From positions 1 to 64,000 of the forward strand of contig JAHLWZ010000381.1 in the NCBI GenBank assembly GCA_020536535.1: 64,000 nt of DNA, given 5' to 3'. Positions 22,088 through 35,298 of this stretch are shown in pieces (within the stretch, counting starts at the first letter, position 1; each line of letters starts with the position of its first letter). The notes beneath the pieces were generated by a model. It had not been told where the DNA came from. It did not search any database and saw only the letters and a program-made list of their open reading frames with translations. The stretch is from Pelomyxa schiedti. Its lineage: Eukaryota > Protista > Evosea. A program made the position numbers and the translations under genes.

Positions 22088-22236
22088 TTCGCCACAGTGC
22101 GGTCCGGTGTACCACTAGATCTTCGGAGACGATCTTTTGTTATTTCTTCTCTTCACGAGGTGAAGACAAAATATAAACGTCAGACAAGTCAGTTGCAACT
22201 GAGGCAGTTGATCTATCGATCTACCACTTTTCTAAG

Positions 22237-22577
22237 CTAACCTAAATCCACAACGGTGCTGTTCTCCTCATTCCATTTCCATGTGTACTTCGAACGCAAT
22301 TTGTACTGAGGGTCTGAATACCTGGCCATTTCCAGATCCTGGAGATTACATTTGGCANNNNNNNNNNNNNNNNNNNNNNNNNNNNNNNNNNNNNNNNNNN
22401 NNNNNNNNNNNNNNNNNNNNNNNNNNNNNNNNNNNNNNNNNNNNNNNNNNNNNNNNNCTAACCTAAATCCACAACGGTGCTGTTCTCCTCATTCCATTTC
22501 CATGTGTACTTCGAACGCAATTTGTACTGAGGGTCTGAATACCTGGCCATTTCCAGATCCTGGAGATTACATTTGGC
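22237..22577. other. Scaffold gap (22358-22457) with a duplicated ~120-bp flank
   Basis: CTAACCTAAATCC...ATTTGGCA occurs on both sides of the 100 N. Confidence 0.9.
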
Positions 22578-22636
22578 AATTTAAATTAAATTCGGCCAGA
22601 TTGTCGTACGAACGACAAAGGGTGCGATAGATCTCC

Positions 22637-23570
22637 ATGGGGAAGTCTCTTCGAAACTGTGAGTGCTTTCTGTTTCTTACGGTTTCGAAAAACCACGAGA
22701 GTGATACTTTCCTTTTTTTTTTTTACAGGGAGCAAAACGGTGAAGACTCCTCGTCGGCCGTTTGAAAAGGAGAGGCTGGATCACGAGCTTCGCCTTTGTG
22801 GTATAAATCCATACTTTTCATGGCACTGTGTCACCACAAAGAATTGCAGCGAAGAGACTCACGTGAAACTAGGGGAGTATGGGCTAAGATGCAAACGTGA
22901 GGTGTGGCGCGTTCATTATGCTCTGACAAAAATCAGAGGAGCAGCTCGAGAGTTGCTCAAACTTGACGAGATTGATCCAAAGAGAATTTTCGAAGGCAAT
23001 GCTATGCTTCGGTATATCATCACTTTCTTTTATTTGTCTATTTTGTTTTGTTCTATTTCTTACTTTGTTTCAGACGGCTGCACAGAATTGGTGTTCTTGA
23101 CGAGAGCAAAAACAAGGTATCTTTATGAAGAATAAAGGAAACCACCTCACAGTAATTTAAAACAAAGCTGGATCATGTTCTGAGTTTGAAAGAACAAGAT
23201 TTTATGGAGCGACGTCTCCAGACACTTGTTTTGAAGCAAGGTCTGGCAAAGTCGGTGCATCACGCACGTGTGCTCATTCGCCAACGCCACATCCGGTTTG
23301 CAACACCTATTTTCACCAAAAGCTTTACTCTTATCTCGTTTCAGTGTCGGAAAGCAAATAGTAACTTCCCCATCCTTCATGGTTCGAGTATCTTCCCAAG
23401 GTCATATAGACTTTTCTCTCACAAGTGCATACGCTGGTGGCCGCATAGGAAGAGTGAAACGCAAGCGGGCCAAAATCGCAAAAGAACTTGCAGCTGTCCT
23501 TGCAGAAACTGGTGAAGCTGCTGAAGCTGAAGGTGAAGCAACAGCTGAACCAGCCTCAGAAGACCTCTAA
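22637..23570 (+). CDS. RPS9: 40S ribosomal protein S9 (uS4), divergent from RPL8
   Basis: [66 protein letters not shown]|[14 protein letters not shown]; acidic C-terminal tail. Confidence 0.97.
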
Positions 23571-23695
23571 GAAGGGTCTCCCCCATCTATCTACCTCCAC
23601 CTTTCACCAATGTTTCCAGACAAGGTAAAGGTCAGGAAACAAAAACCACAAAAATCCCTCTCTTCAAGCACCCAACTTGGTAACCAAACGAAAAG

Positions 23696-23740
<45 letters not shown>

Positions 23741-23745
23741 CGAAA

Positions 23746-25249
23746 ATGAGTGGCGAAACGGCGTGGCCTATTGGGGATGGTAGTGAATATGTTATCAGGC
23801 TAATGCACGAGACTGATGTTCCACCCGCAATACTGATAGAGAAGGAGGTTCCGGAGTGAAACTGTCATTGTGGTGAATGAGTTGTTTGGTGTTTGATGGT
23901 GGCTTGAGTGGTTATTGCCGTGGATTACTTTTTTCCTTTTTTTTCCTTTTTTTTTTTTTGGCTGATACAGGTTGGATGGAATAACTTGGCCTACGAGGCA
24001 GAATGGAGAATTTTCTTTGATAACAACTCCAAGGTACACAGTGAAAATTACACAATAGATTTTTTAAGTTAATGAACTGGTATATGCGTAGTGCTGTCTC
24101 GCAGCTGTAACCAAGAGCGGTGTACTGGTTGGGACTACAGTTGGAGCTATATCTGATGACAAAAAATTTGGGGGCATTGCTGTAGTAATGGTTACTGCCA
24201 CCCACAGGCACCATGGTTTTTTTGCTTTTCCTCTTGTGGAGCTTGCTGATTACCTTAAAGGAATTTGTGAGGCTTTGGTCAGGAAGGCAAATGAAATTTT
24301 AATTTCACAGGGAGTATCCTTGCTAGGGCTTGATGGGTCGGCAATGGGATACCCTATTTATAAGCGTATTGGATTTGTTGATCAAAATATACAAGATAGA
24401 CTTTTCATCGCGGCAAATTTTGCGTTAGTCTCATCAAATTACTGTAAGTGTTAACTCTTTCTACAGAACTGCACTGGATCATTTATCAAGAAGTGAATTA
24501 GATAATGCCAAGTTACAAGTAGCTGTGGCTGGTCTTCCTGAAAGAAAATTGCTTGCGAAGTGTGATGCGTTTTCATTTGGAGCGGACAGAACCAGTGTAT
24601 GGACACTCTGATTTCTGTTGTCTGACAAAATCCTAGATGATTACCAGTACCAGCATTTTCCGCTTTGGTTTCATGATTCCTTCGGCCAATGTGTGTATTC
24701 CTTTATTTGCAGCTGATTAAGTTTACAGCAGACAAGCGGTCATGCTGAAGGACTTCTTTGCAGAGTAGAATCCAAATTCAAATCTCTTATTGGTCTTACA
24801 CTACTAGGAAGGCGCCCAAGCGTTACATATAGGGCCTATCTATGCACATAGCGAACATTCTCTTCGATTATTGCTTGCAGCACTATGCCTCAGTGCTCCA
24901 AAATCCCTAATGAATGGAGTTCAGGTAAGAATTCAACTGTAGCCACACATTGTTCTCTTATCGGCGAAGTAAACACACTGGCAAACACAACACCTGCTTT
25001 TCTCCTATCCACCCAATGATGAGCGAACCCAATTCAACATCACCAACACTTCATTAGGTCTACATTCCAGACACAGCTGCCAGTTATTCCATATCTACAT
25101 TCAAGGAACTAGGATTTGAAGAATGGCAAGGAATCCACTTCAGGAGAATGAGGATGCCTGTGCCCCGTGGGGCAGCATCATCAGATGCAGTTGCACCTGC
25201 GACACCAGCTCCTTTCTGTTGTGCTGTTATTGGTTGTGATATGGGCTGA
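23746..25249 (+). CDS. Tandem-GNAT N-acetyltransferase (YitH-like)
   Basis: YVIRLMHETDVPPAILIEKE|VGWN, GGIAVVMVTATHRHHG, LLGLDGSAMGYPIYKRIGF, DAFSFGADRT, and C-terminal FRRMR..AVIGCDMG*. Confidence 0.7.
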
Positions 25250-25456
25250 TTGGAACACCCAGAACACTGTTTTTCATTATTTGCAATACTGTCTCTTTTT
25301 TCGATACAGAACCCCAAAAAAACCTAACTGAAATCTGGATAGAAGTCAAACAGTGTCCATGTGAGTGCGTCACTTTCCCCACAATCTGCAACTTTTCGAA
25401 ATCAAACCGTCAGTCGCTCAAATTTGAAGAGCAGCGCTGCGTGGGGTAACCAACCA

Positions 25457-27310
25457 ATGATGGGACTGACTACACTGCTCATAGTGCAGAGGTGCGTCTT
25501 TTGGCTCGTTGGTCTCGCGGGCCTGGCCGTGTTTGAGGCGTCGTGGCTGACAAACACGAATTACCTGGGCATCGCCGTGGGGCTGCTTGGCGGTGTGGCG
25601 AGCGCAGAGGCAATTATGGGACAGCTGTGTGCCGCTTTGTGCTTGGCTTGCTCTTTTGCTCTAGATTGGCTCACTCTATTGTATTTTTTTTTAGATACTA
25701 CTTACTGTTGTGGGGACTCTGATTTATGTTGTTTGTTACCATAGTGACCTACATGTCTTTCACATGTTTTAGGGCTTGGAGTGAAGTGGGAGTAGCTTAT
25801 TATCTAGTTCATAACGGGATTTTTGAGAAATCTTTGTGGTTGGGGAAGGCCTCAATTGTATCGTATGCTATTTCTTGGTTTTTCTAATCTTCTAATTTTT
25901 TTCCCCTTTGTGTGATACAGAGCAGTTGCAGGACCCAACTCTATTGATGTCTCTTCTGTAGCATTGCTATTTGGTGTGTGCGGAGTACTATGCCTCATCC
26001 TGGGATTCCAATTTGTGAAATTGGCAAAGAAGGGATTGCTCATAGTAGTTCTATTGGCAATTCACACCTTTCTGGTTAATACCATAGAACTGTTTCACTT
26101 TACTTACATCAAATTCAGATCGTTCTATGCTTAAGACGTGGTTTTCCCTTGAGCGCAGTATATACAGTTGGAGTTAGTGCTTTCGTTACCATTTTAGGAT
26201 CATGGGGACTGAATTCCCGTCTCTACGCCGTTCGCCCTAACATGTATGTGCTCCGTGTAGTAACTTCCTTAGTTCCCTAATCCTTTGCAGGTACTCTGAC
26301 AGAGTAATTGTTATAACTGGATCTGCAGGCGGAATGGGGGCTGAGATGGCTAAACAGTATAATCAATTTTTTCTGGCTTTTTATTTTGATTCTATCAACT
26401 AGATATGCACAAGGCGGTGCAAAACTCGTTTTATTTGATCTCAAAGATGTCAAAGAAACAGTTACTGAGTGCCAGAACCTCACTGGTTTTTCGTCACTTT
26501 TTTTCCCCTAATAATGAACACCCATTAGGGAAAGACAATGTGCTAGGCATAGCTGGGGATGTAACTCGAGAAGAGGACTGTGCCTATGCAGTTGACCAAG
26601 CAATGAACAAGTTTGGGAAAGTGAATACACTTATTCTGGCGGCAGGGATACCAATGCCGCACACAAAGTTTATGGATGTCAAAGATATGAATCGATTCAT
26701 GCGAGTCATGGATGTCAATTATAAGGGCTCCGTAATGGTTGCTTTCTCCATAACTCCTGGCATTACTAACTTCATGAAGATGACAAAGGCGTTCTTGCCC
26801 GGTCTTTTGCAGAATAAAAAATCTTGGATAATTGCCTTCGGTTCAGCCTCTTCTCTTTTTGGCGTTCCCTACATTTCTGGCTATTCTGCATCCAAGCATG
26901 CTGTACTTGGCTTCTTCGATGCGTTGAGAATAGAATTGGGTATGCTTTTTCTCTCTCTCTCTCGTTTGTCCTCGGTTAATAATGTATTCCAAGCACATAC
27001 TGGTTGTTCCATCACTGTCACATGTCCGCACTTTGTATCCACTGAAATGTTCAATCACTACAACACCGGCCTTATGCTCACGTGAGTATTTCATTCCCTC
27101 CCCTTACAGTGAAAACTCTAAATATTACGGCTTAGTACCCGCGATGTTGTATCACAAACGAGGTTTGGAAGTGATGAAGGAATTGGAACCGTCATGGTGG
27201 GGGAGCTTCTATACAAATTTGGAGTTCTAGTAAATACAAGGAATCTTCTGCCTGGCCTCAACGACTTCCTCCTGGCACGCAATATGCAAAAGTACAGTTC
27301 TAAAAATTGA
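25457..27310 (+). CDS. Classical short-chain dehydrogenase/reductase with a multi-pass N-terminal membrane region
   Basis: VIVITGSAGGMGAEMA (TGxxxGxG), GDVT, LILAAG, DVNY, GSASS, YSASK (YxxxK). Four upstream exons encode several hydrophobic helices. Confidence 0.8.
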
Positions 27311-27804
27311 AGAGTTGTGGAAATGTTTCTTGCACTAAAATAACACTTTGCTCCATCACTTTTCTAGTAATCTTACATTATTGGCATCAGTGGAGCCAAT
27401 CATTAAATCACGCTAGTAAGTGCGAAGCCATTGACCGTTTGGTGCAGCAGTTGATGTGGTGAACAGAGCCACTGAGATAGCCACGCCTGGAATTCGAATA
27501 AGATGAGCACAGCAATCAGAACAATGAAAATGGGAGATAGATTCCAATGAGGGTCTCCTGCAACAAGCATTTCAAGCATAGGAGAATTGAATTGGTTAGA
27601 ATTTCCAGTTCCCTTTCCGCTCTTTATCGCCAATGATAGTGTCTTTCAGAAAGTGTATTGTGGTGTTGCTTTAGTTCTTGGTTTTTTCTTTTCTTTTTAC
27701 TTCAACCATTACATGGTACTGGTGAAACATCGACATGTTGCTCATTTAGAAACACCAAAAGAAACCAACAACCAAACTGTAATAAAAAAGAGAAAGGATA
27801 ATGA

Positions 27805-29124
27805 ATGAAGTCCAAATCACCAGAGTTGAAGCACGTTGAGCTGAAGGATGTTGTAGTAGTTGACAACGAGGACCCAAAAGATGGAGGAGATTCAGGAAGC
27901 GCAAAGCAACAAGAACGACCAGAATTCTCTTTGGTTCCCTCCACTGAGTGGGAAAAGGCATCCGTGCTATTCAATGCTCTCCCAAAGGGAAAAGGTTCGC
28001 GGGTTTGTTATCTCGAGGTGAACTCACACAGCACTCACCAGGAGAAACGGACCTGGTGTCAGTGGAGGATGTGAAGAAAAAATGGAAGACTGACCATGAG
28101 GAAGCTTCACAGTTTCAAATTGACAGGATTGTCAATATGGTCCAACAAGAAAAGAATGGGATGATGACCCTCAACGGCTTTGCATTGGGATCCCTCCTGT
28201 TCTCTGCCGTGCTTCCAGAATCATGTTCTGTCAAAGAATATATTGCCACGTAGGTCTTTCTCTCCTTCCCACTTACTCCTTGCTGAAGTGAGTCAAATTC
28301 AAATTCATCATGTTGCAGTGGTTTCAGAGGTTCATCAACTCTGTCAACGTGGTGTGAATCCCAACAGAGGAAACGCTCTGCAATCTGTTTATGGGTGTTT
28401 CTGCTGATTTCTAATTTGGCCCTCTCGGTGTGAATATCTCCCTGATTTGCAGTGTATGTTCACGGAACTCACTGCTGTGCCATCAGGTTGTGTCAGTGGC
28501 TTATTGGGCGACATGGGCTTTGGGTGTGATCACGGTTGTGATTTCCGTTTACTTACATTGGTTCTGGCATTCCGTGTTTCACATGGGCGAATGAGCACCT
28601 CACAGGTCCAAATGTCCACCATCAATCAGCACTTAATTATGCCTCAAACAGGAAGTTCTGTTACATTTGCAGTTTTAGGCTGCTTGGACCTGGCAGTTGG
28701 GTTTCTCATGGCTATGAGGGACAACTATGAGCGGGATGGAGATTGGTATCTTGTGTGGTACTGCTGGTGCTTGATGCAGGTGATTTACATGGTTTTGAGC
28801 ACGATTTACCTTGTAAATGTGTTGAGATTGCTCTGCAACATGTCACATGACACCACTGTCCCAGTACCGAAGGTTGGTTTTCCTCACTTTTTCTTCCTCC
28901 CAAGTAATCAACAACACGTCAGTACACTGTGTATACATCACGCATAGTGCCTTATTTTTGTGTATACAGCCATCCTTGTTTTACTTACTGTTGTGGGGAT
29001 TATCGCCGATCATCTGCACATTATGCCGTTCTGTGGAATTTTGACTTTCCTTGTTGCGGCATCAATTGCTGCTGTGATTGCGTTCAAGTACACAGGGCAC
29101 TGGATGCCTCTTGACTATGACTGA
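27805..29124 (+). CDS. Uncharacterised multi-pass membrane protein with an N-terminal EF-hand-like region
   Basis: Spliceable exons: charged N-terminus, VQQEKNGMMTLNGF (EF-hand-like loop), then hydrophobic segments (VAYWATWALGVITVVISVYL, YLVWYCWCLMQVIYMVLSTIYLV, AILVLLTVVGII, GILTFLVAASIAAVIAF). Confidence 0.5.
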
Positions 29125-29380
29125 TTGTAAAAGAAGAATTGATTGTTAAATAGACATGATAGTTTTATGTGATGTGAGTGCTCTTTCTCTTTCTTCCTCT
29201 TCACTTCGAAAAGATTCAAACCGCCTGTGGTTCGGATGCCAACTGCTTGAACTGCTCCAAAACAATCGTCCTTTTGTTGCGGAGTTACAACTCAGCCGGC
29301 GTTTCGCTCATCGTTTCCAGCTTCAATCGGCTTTTCTGATCCAGAAACCACAAACTCGGAAAAAGAAATACAACAAAGAG

Positions 29381-30812
29381 ATGCCTTCGACATCGGTTGT
29401 GCTAGCGACTGCGTCGTACGACAGTCTGATACGGTTCTGGGAGGCACCCACGGGAATGTGTTTGAGACAGATTTCCTTTGCCGAGTCCGTACGTGGAGGC
29501 CCCCTTTTTTTTCCAAAACTATATGTTATTATAAAAATTGTTGTTGTATACAACAGCAACAATTCGGTACTAATAAAATTTCAAGCAAGTGAACAGAATG
29601 GCCATATCACCTGATAAATTGTGGTTAGCAGCAGCGGGCAATCCCCATGTCAGAATTTTTGACATTGCCAACGCCAAGTCAACAGCACCGGTTCTTATTA
29701 CACAATTACATTGTTAATAAATAATTCTATATTAATGTGTCTAACCCTCAACCACTCCCACCTTTAGGTATCCAGTTATGACGGGCATAAGGGTAATGTT
29801 ACTGCTGTGGGCTATAGGAGAGACGGCCAATGGCTCTACAGTGGTTCAGAGGATGGCACAATTCAGATATGGGATATGAGGTTATAATCTTTCTTTAAAT
29901 AAATAAACGTAACGAGGTAAAAAAAATAGGTCTGGTCGCATTGCAAATTATCACGTGCCAGTACCGGCACCTGTTAATTCTGTGGCACTCCATCCTGATC
30001 AAGTTAGTACGCACCCTAAGTGCAATCTCATTCATCGTGCTTTTCTAGCTGCATGTCTATTGTGTAGATCAAGATGGAAGATTACAGGTATGGGATCTCA
30101 TGGCTGCCAAGTGCATGACAGAGGTACTCCACTCGCAAATTCCTTATCTCACACTTATACGAGTAGATTGTCGTTGACAAAGAAAGTGCGGCAAGAGCTG
30201 TTTCTGTAAGTAATGACGGTGAATACTGTGCTGTGAGCACCTCCAAAGGTGAATGCCATGTGTTTGCCTTGGAAAGAGCACCATCCCATGCAGCAACGCC
30301 AACAACCACTGCCACCACTAGTACTACTGCGACCGCTTCCACTAGTACCAGCGCAGCTGCCCCACCGGATCACAGTAAGCGGTCAGGAGAGTTCCCGATG
30401 TTGGTCACAACCATCAAAGCTCACGATTCGCACATTCTTCAGACTTTGTTCAGTCCTGACTCACAGTATGTAAATTGAACGTGGCGGAAGTGTTGCTCAT
30501 TCCAACTAGGTACCTCGCAACAACATCGGCAGATAGGAACGTGAAACTGTGGGCCGTAAACAGGGAATTCCAGCAGCACAAAAATTTACAGGGGCACCAA
30601 CGCTGGGTCTGGGACTGTGCATTCTCGGCCGATTCCGCTTATTTAATCACAGGTTGTTTACCCCCACACTAAGCTTCCCAATCCCCAACATAAACACAGG
30701 TTCATCTGATGCATCGGCCCGGCTTTGGGACCTAAGCAATGGAGAAACACTGAAACAGTATTCCTGCGGAAACAAGGCAGTTTCTTGCGTGGCCCTCAAT
30801 GATTGTAATTAG
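29381..30812 (+). CDS. LST8: TOR complex subunit LST8 (WD40)
   Basis: [113 protein letters not shown]. Confidence 0.95.
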
Positions 30813-30967
30813 AGAAGTCCGGCAAGTACTGTAAAATACACCGCCAAGTTGGGATTTTTTTTGTTTTTTTGTGATGGGTGACCCGGCACATTTGTCACTT
30901 TCCTTGTAAAACCGGCGATCAAACAGAAAAATTAAAAAACAACGGTGAGACAGTACAGTCAAGATCT

Positions 30968-33745
30968 ATGACGTATGTCAATGAGGGGCAGTTGGATGCG
31001 ATTATAGCTGACGCTCTCATGGCACGGAGTATGGTTAAAAATGTGGTGTTGGGGATTGATCCGGATCTACGACTGCCTACTGCCGCGTGCCCAGCGGTCG
31101 TGGAACGCCCTTTGAGCGCAGATACTGATTGGTCTTCATTTCCGATGTTCAGTCTCTTCATGGAGGTGAAATCGACTCATCTGCACACCCCTGTAGCTAG
31201 GAAGAAGTTGTCCCCTCAATGATTACAGTGGCTCAACTGACTTTTTTTTTCCCCCCAATTGCAGACTACATTTTGTCGTCGAGTTTTGTGGCAAACTATT
31301 TTTCTCCAGTAAAAAGTTGGGTTTCCACTCCACCGCCGAAGCTCTTATCTGGAATGAAACTCTGGAGATACCTTGTTTAGATACCAGCACAGTGCCTAAA
31401 ATTGTCCTTAAACTGCAATCCAGTACTACTATTATAGGACAGTCCACTATTTCTTTGCAAGTTTGATTTTCTCGTCCATCCTTTTTCCATTCAACTTGAA
31501 CCATGTAGGGTTTGAAACCAGATGAAGGCACTTTCATTCAGAGAAACTTGGAGAACGGTGAGAAAGTCATTGGGTTTCTATCCCTGACACTGTGGGCATG
31601 TCCTTGCTTGGCAGGTTTTTTTTCTCTTCCTTTTCTTTCCTTTTGCTTCCTCTCAGCAAGGTACCCTTGTTTGCTTCAAGAGAAAGCACCAAGTGGCCAT
31701 AAGTGACAAATCTGTTTTCATGTGGAAGGCAAATGATAAATTTCAAATAAAATTAGAACTTACATACTGTCTTCTTCAGTTGAAGGACAAGGAAGAATTA
31801 CCTTCCAAGCCAGATTTGGCGATTTCAACAGAAAAATGTAAACTTGTTCTAGCAGATCTTCCAGACTGCTCCTTTGCACTTTTGAAGACTGACACACAAG
31901 AAAAAATCATGCTTAGTGCTTCTTCTACCATCGAATGTAAGTTTGTGTGGCATATTGTGCGCACTTCCAATATTTTAGGTGAAAAATGGATCGCCTTTGG
32001 CAAATTGCACATACCCCTGCTTGATGATTGTAATTACTACGGTGTTAAGCTTGAAACGTTGATGCAAATGCAAGCTACTAAATATCCTCATGAAACAATA
32101 CCGTTTTTCCTTCGTGATATTTTTGGTATGTGTTCAGCACTATACCTAGAATGAAGTTAATTATCAAAGATTTTATACGCCAGAAGGGGTTGAATACCGA
32201 AGGTATTTTTCGAATAAGCTCAACGGCAGCAATAATATCAAGTCACAAAAAGCGGTTGAATCTTGACTCAAGGTAATACTTGACGTTTTCTCTTCGTCCC
32301 TCTTATTTGGGTGTTAAGAACTTGGTTGGAGAGTGCATGTGTGCATACAGCCTGCAATCTATTGACAGATTGGCTCCGCAAGCTCCCTGAGCCTTTACTA
32401 ACATACAAACTCTATGAAGAATTCCTCTCTCTTGCAGGTATTGAACTACCCAATCTTAGTGGTCTTACCTCAATACAGAGGACCCGACGATCATTTATAG
32501 AATTATCCCAAAACTACCTCAACACAATACTCGTGTGTTGGTTTCGATTCTCCAATTGCTGAATGAAGTTGTGGCTCACAGTGATGTAAATTTAATGCAC
32601 GCGAAGAATCTCGCTCGCATTTTTGGTATAAATTTATTGGGTGACAGAGAAAGGTACAACTTCCTTTCTTGCCCATTCTTATACTACTAGAAACCAAATG
32701 AAGACAATACAGCACCTACCAGCCATCAATTCTTGTGCTGAAATCCTTATTTCAACTTGCCAAACAATTTTTGATTTTGACACACTATCCCTGCGCGTAG
32801 CATCCACACTTCCCGATGCGGTTTCGAGCTCAACACTGACAGATTCTTCAAGTTCATCAGATTCTCAAGATGACACCACCCCAATATCACCGCCAACACC
32901 TGTGACAGAACCAACAGTAATGGCACCTACCCAAACTACTGATACTGAATCTTGCCCGCCAAGTCAGCAGTTACCTCAGCCTCAAGCGGAGTTGGAACCA
33001 GAAGCAAGTTCAGAAATAACTCTTGAAGCAACCCAGCCATTGTTGGTCTTAGGTGTACCAAGACATATTGTACCATTAACACCAATAACCGCTGCAATAC
33101 CCGACGAAATTTCCACCCCCACGGATGTATATACAACAGCTTCTATTGCTCCACCAACAGAGCCTGCCACTACTACAACCACAACCACAACTACGATGCC
33201 ATCACACCCAACGGCAACTCCCTTAAGTGCCGCACACAAACCAAGATCATACGGAGTTGTTGGACGCAAAAAGCGTCACCAAGAGCCTCCCACAACCCCA
33301 GCTATTGCCAGGGAGCCTCTTGCAAATCCGTTTATGGCTCAAATCCCACATTCCTTACTGCATCCATCTTACAACAAAACACTCACGGCAACAACAGAGG
33401 AAGCCGAAGCTATGCATGTCTTCATGTAAGATGATAACACAGACACCAAACTTACTAACCAATATAACCTAGGGAAATAGACCAAAACCAGAATGGCAGT
33501 CTCGACTATGAGGAGTATGTCGCTTCTGTTGTTCAGTGTCCCCACTAACACCCTTTCAACACAGATGGCAAACTTTCCTGCTTCGAATGCTGGAGAGCTC
33601 CTGGCATGAAAGCCTGTCCCTTGAAGAACTGGTTACTATGATGCAACTACATGACCCCACAGAACATATTACATTCGACCAATTCCTGGAATGGTGGCGC
33701 CAACACATGATGAAGAAGACCCAGATACAACAGCAACGATCCTAG
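30968..33745 (+). CDS. C2 - PH-like - RhoGAP protein with a low-complexity linker and C-terminal EF-hand-like segment (start uncertain)
   Basis: C2: FVVEFCGK..IWNETLEI..IIGQSTISLQ. RhoGAP: YYGVKLE, GLNTEGIFRIS (Arg finger), WLRKLPEPLLTYKLYEEFL, VNLMHAKNLARIFG. C-terminus: HITFDQFLEWW. Confidence 0.8.
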
Positions 33746-33999
33746 TTGAAATACCAGATAGCTGCGGCTCCGATTTTCGCTCACTCTTACACAATCAAGT
33801 ATTGTAATATACTATTTGTACCTCTGATTGCCAGCACACCCAACCCAAAAAGCGCCTTGCCTTGTTCATTAAAACAAACCCCAAGGCCCAACAAAACAGC
33901 ACCAATCGAGAAAACAACTTCGCCTAATCGGACATCCACCCCGATGAAACGAAAACAAAAAAAAAACCAAGAAAGAAGATCATCATCAGACACACAAAC

Positions 34000-35013
34000 A
34001 TGGCAGCAACGCCAACAGCGCCGGCTTCGACGGGTGGTGACAGGATAAAGTTAGTAGTTGTTGGTGACGGTGCCGTAGGCAAGGTAATAAACAACAACAA
34101 AAAAAAATCGCCCTCACCGCCTCCGCATTTCCTTTTTTTTGTGTGTGTGTTGTGGAGTTGTGCTTTATTTGACTGGATTCTTTAGACGTGCCTTTTGATA
34201 TGTTACGCCAAGAACGAGTTTCCGGAAAAATATATTCCCACTGTATGTTCACGTTCCATGGGGACTGTGGTAAAAGTGACTTTTTGCTTAACTACACTAA
34301 AACTAGGTATTTGAAAATTATGTCAAAGTAGTAAACAGACCCACGGTACCTTTTTTTTTTTTTGTAGCACTGTGTCAGTTTTAACAGTTCCGTGCAGGGT
34401 GAATTATGTTTCGAACTGTGGGATACTGCTGGTTTCTTTCCTTATCCCTTTCCCTTTCAAGCTCAGGAGTCCTTTAGGTCAGGAAGATTTTGACCGCCTT
34501 CGCCCCTTGTCGTATGTGACTTAACCTGCAAATATTCCGTTAATTCATTCCAGCTATCCCGACACAGACATCGTATTAATTTGCTTCAGTCTTGTAGCAA
34601 GGAAGTCCTTTGATAACGTTAAGGTAAAATTAGTCTCTCATTTTGAATGGGAATTTACGTTGATAGGAACGGTGGTACCCAGAAATCCGACATTATTGCC
34701 CAGGTATAAGATAACCAAACAACTATCCCGTCCTTATTTCCACTATGCAGATGTTCCATCACTTCTTGTAGGATTAAAGGTAGACCTGCGTGACGCAAAT
34801 GCCGCGGATGCTATGACGGGGAAAGTGGACCATGTAACAACTGAGCAAGGCCAGCAACTCGCCACAACGCTGGGTGCGCAAAGATACATGGAAGCAAGTG
34901 CAAAAACTAGGAAAGGGCTGGAGGAAGTATTTGCTGCAGCCATTGATATCGCCATGGCGAAAAAGAAACCCGCCACACCGCCAGAGAAGAAGAAGCGGTG
35001 CAGTATTCTATGA
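34000..35013 (+). CDS. Rho/Rac-family small GTPase with CAAX
   Basis: IKLVVVGDGAVGK|TCLLI, YIPT|VFENY, LWDTA|GQEDFDRLRPLSYP, LLVGLKVDLR, YMEASAKT, KKKRCSIL*. Confidence 0.95.
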
Positions 35014-35298
35014 TGTGTTTGTTTGATAGTTAAAAAAAACAGAAACAACCGTTTTTTACTTTGTTTCTGTTGTACTTTTTTTTTTCCCACTAAAAAGGGC
35101 AAATCTGCAATTGGAAATAGCACCGAACGACAGGCCGATAGAAATAGGAACGCAATTGGAAATTACATCAGCGGCAATCTAGACAGTTGCACAAAGACAA
35201 ACAAATATTGTTTCAAACCCGATAAACCACAAGCGCCGCCAGCGGTCCTACCGCAATTTTTTTTTTTTTCGTGAGCACTCGGCAGAGTCCACAGATCC

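Noticed and set aside
22237-22577. Apparent direct repeat upstream of RPS9 and its ORFs (MCTSNAIC.., MARYSDPQ..)
   Set aside because: Gap-flank duplication; the short ORFs have no recognisable motifs, and I could not support a snoRNA (no clear C box or terminal stem).
27403-27808. Short hydrophobic ORFs on both strands between the SDR and the membrane gene
   Set aside because: No clear start, splice pattern or motif; cannot be distinguished from UTR or intergenic sequence.
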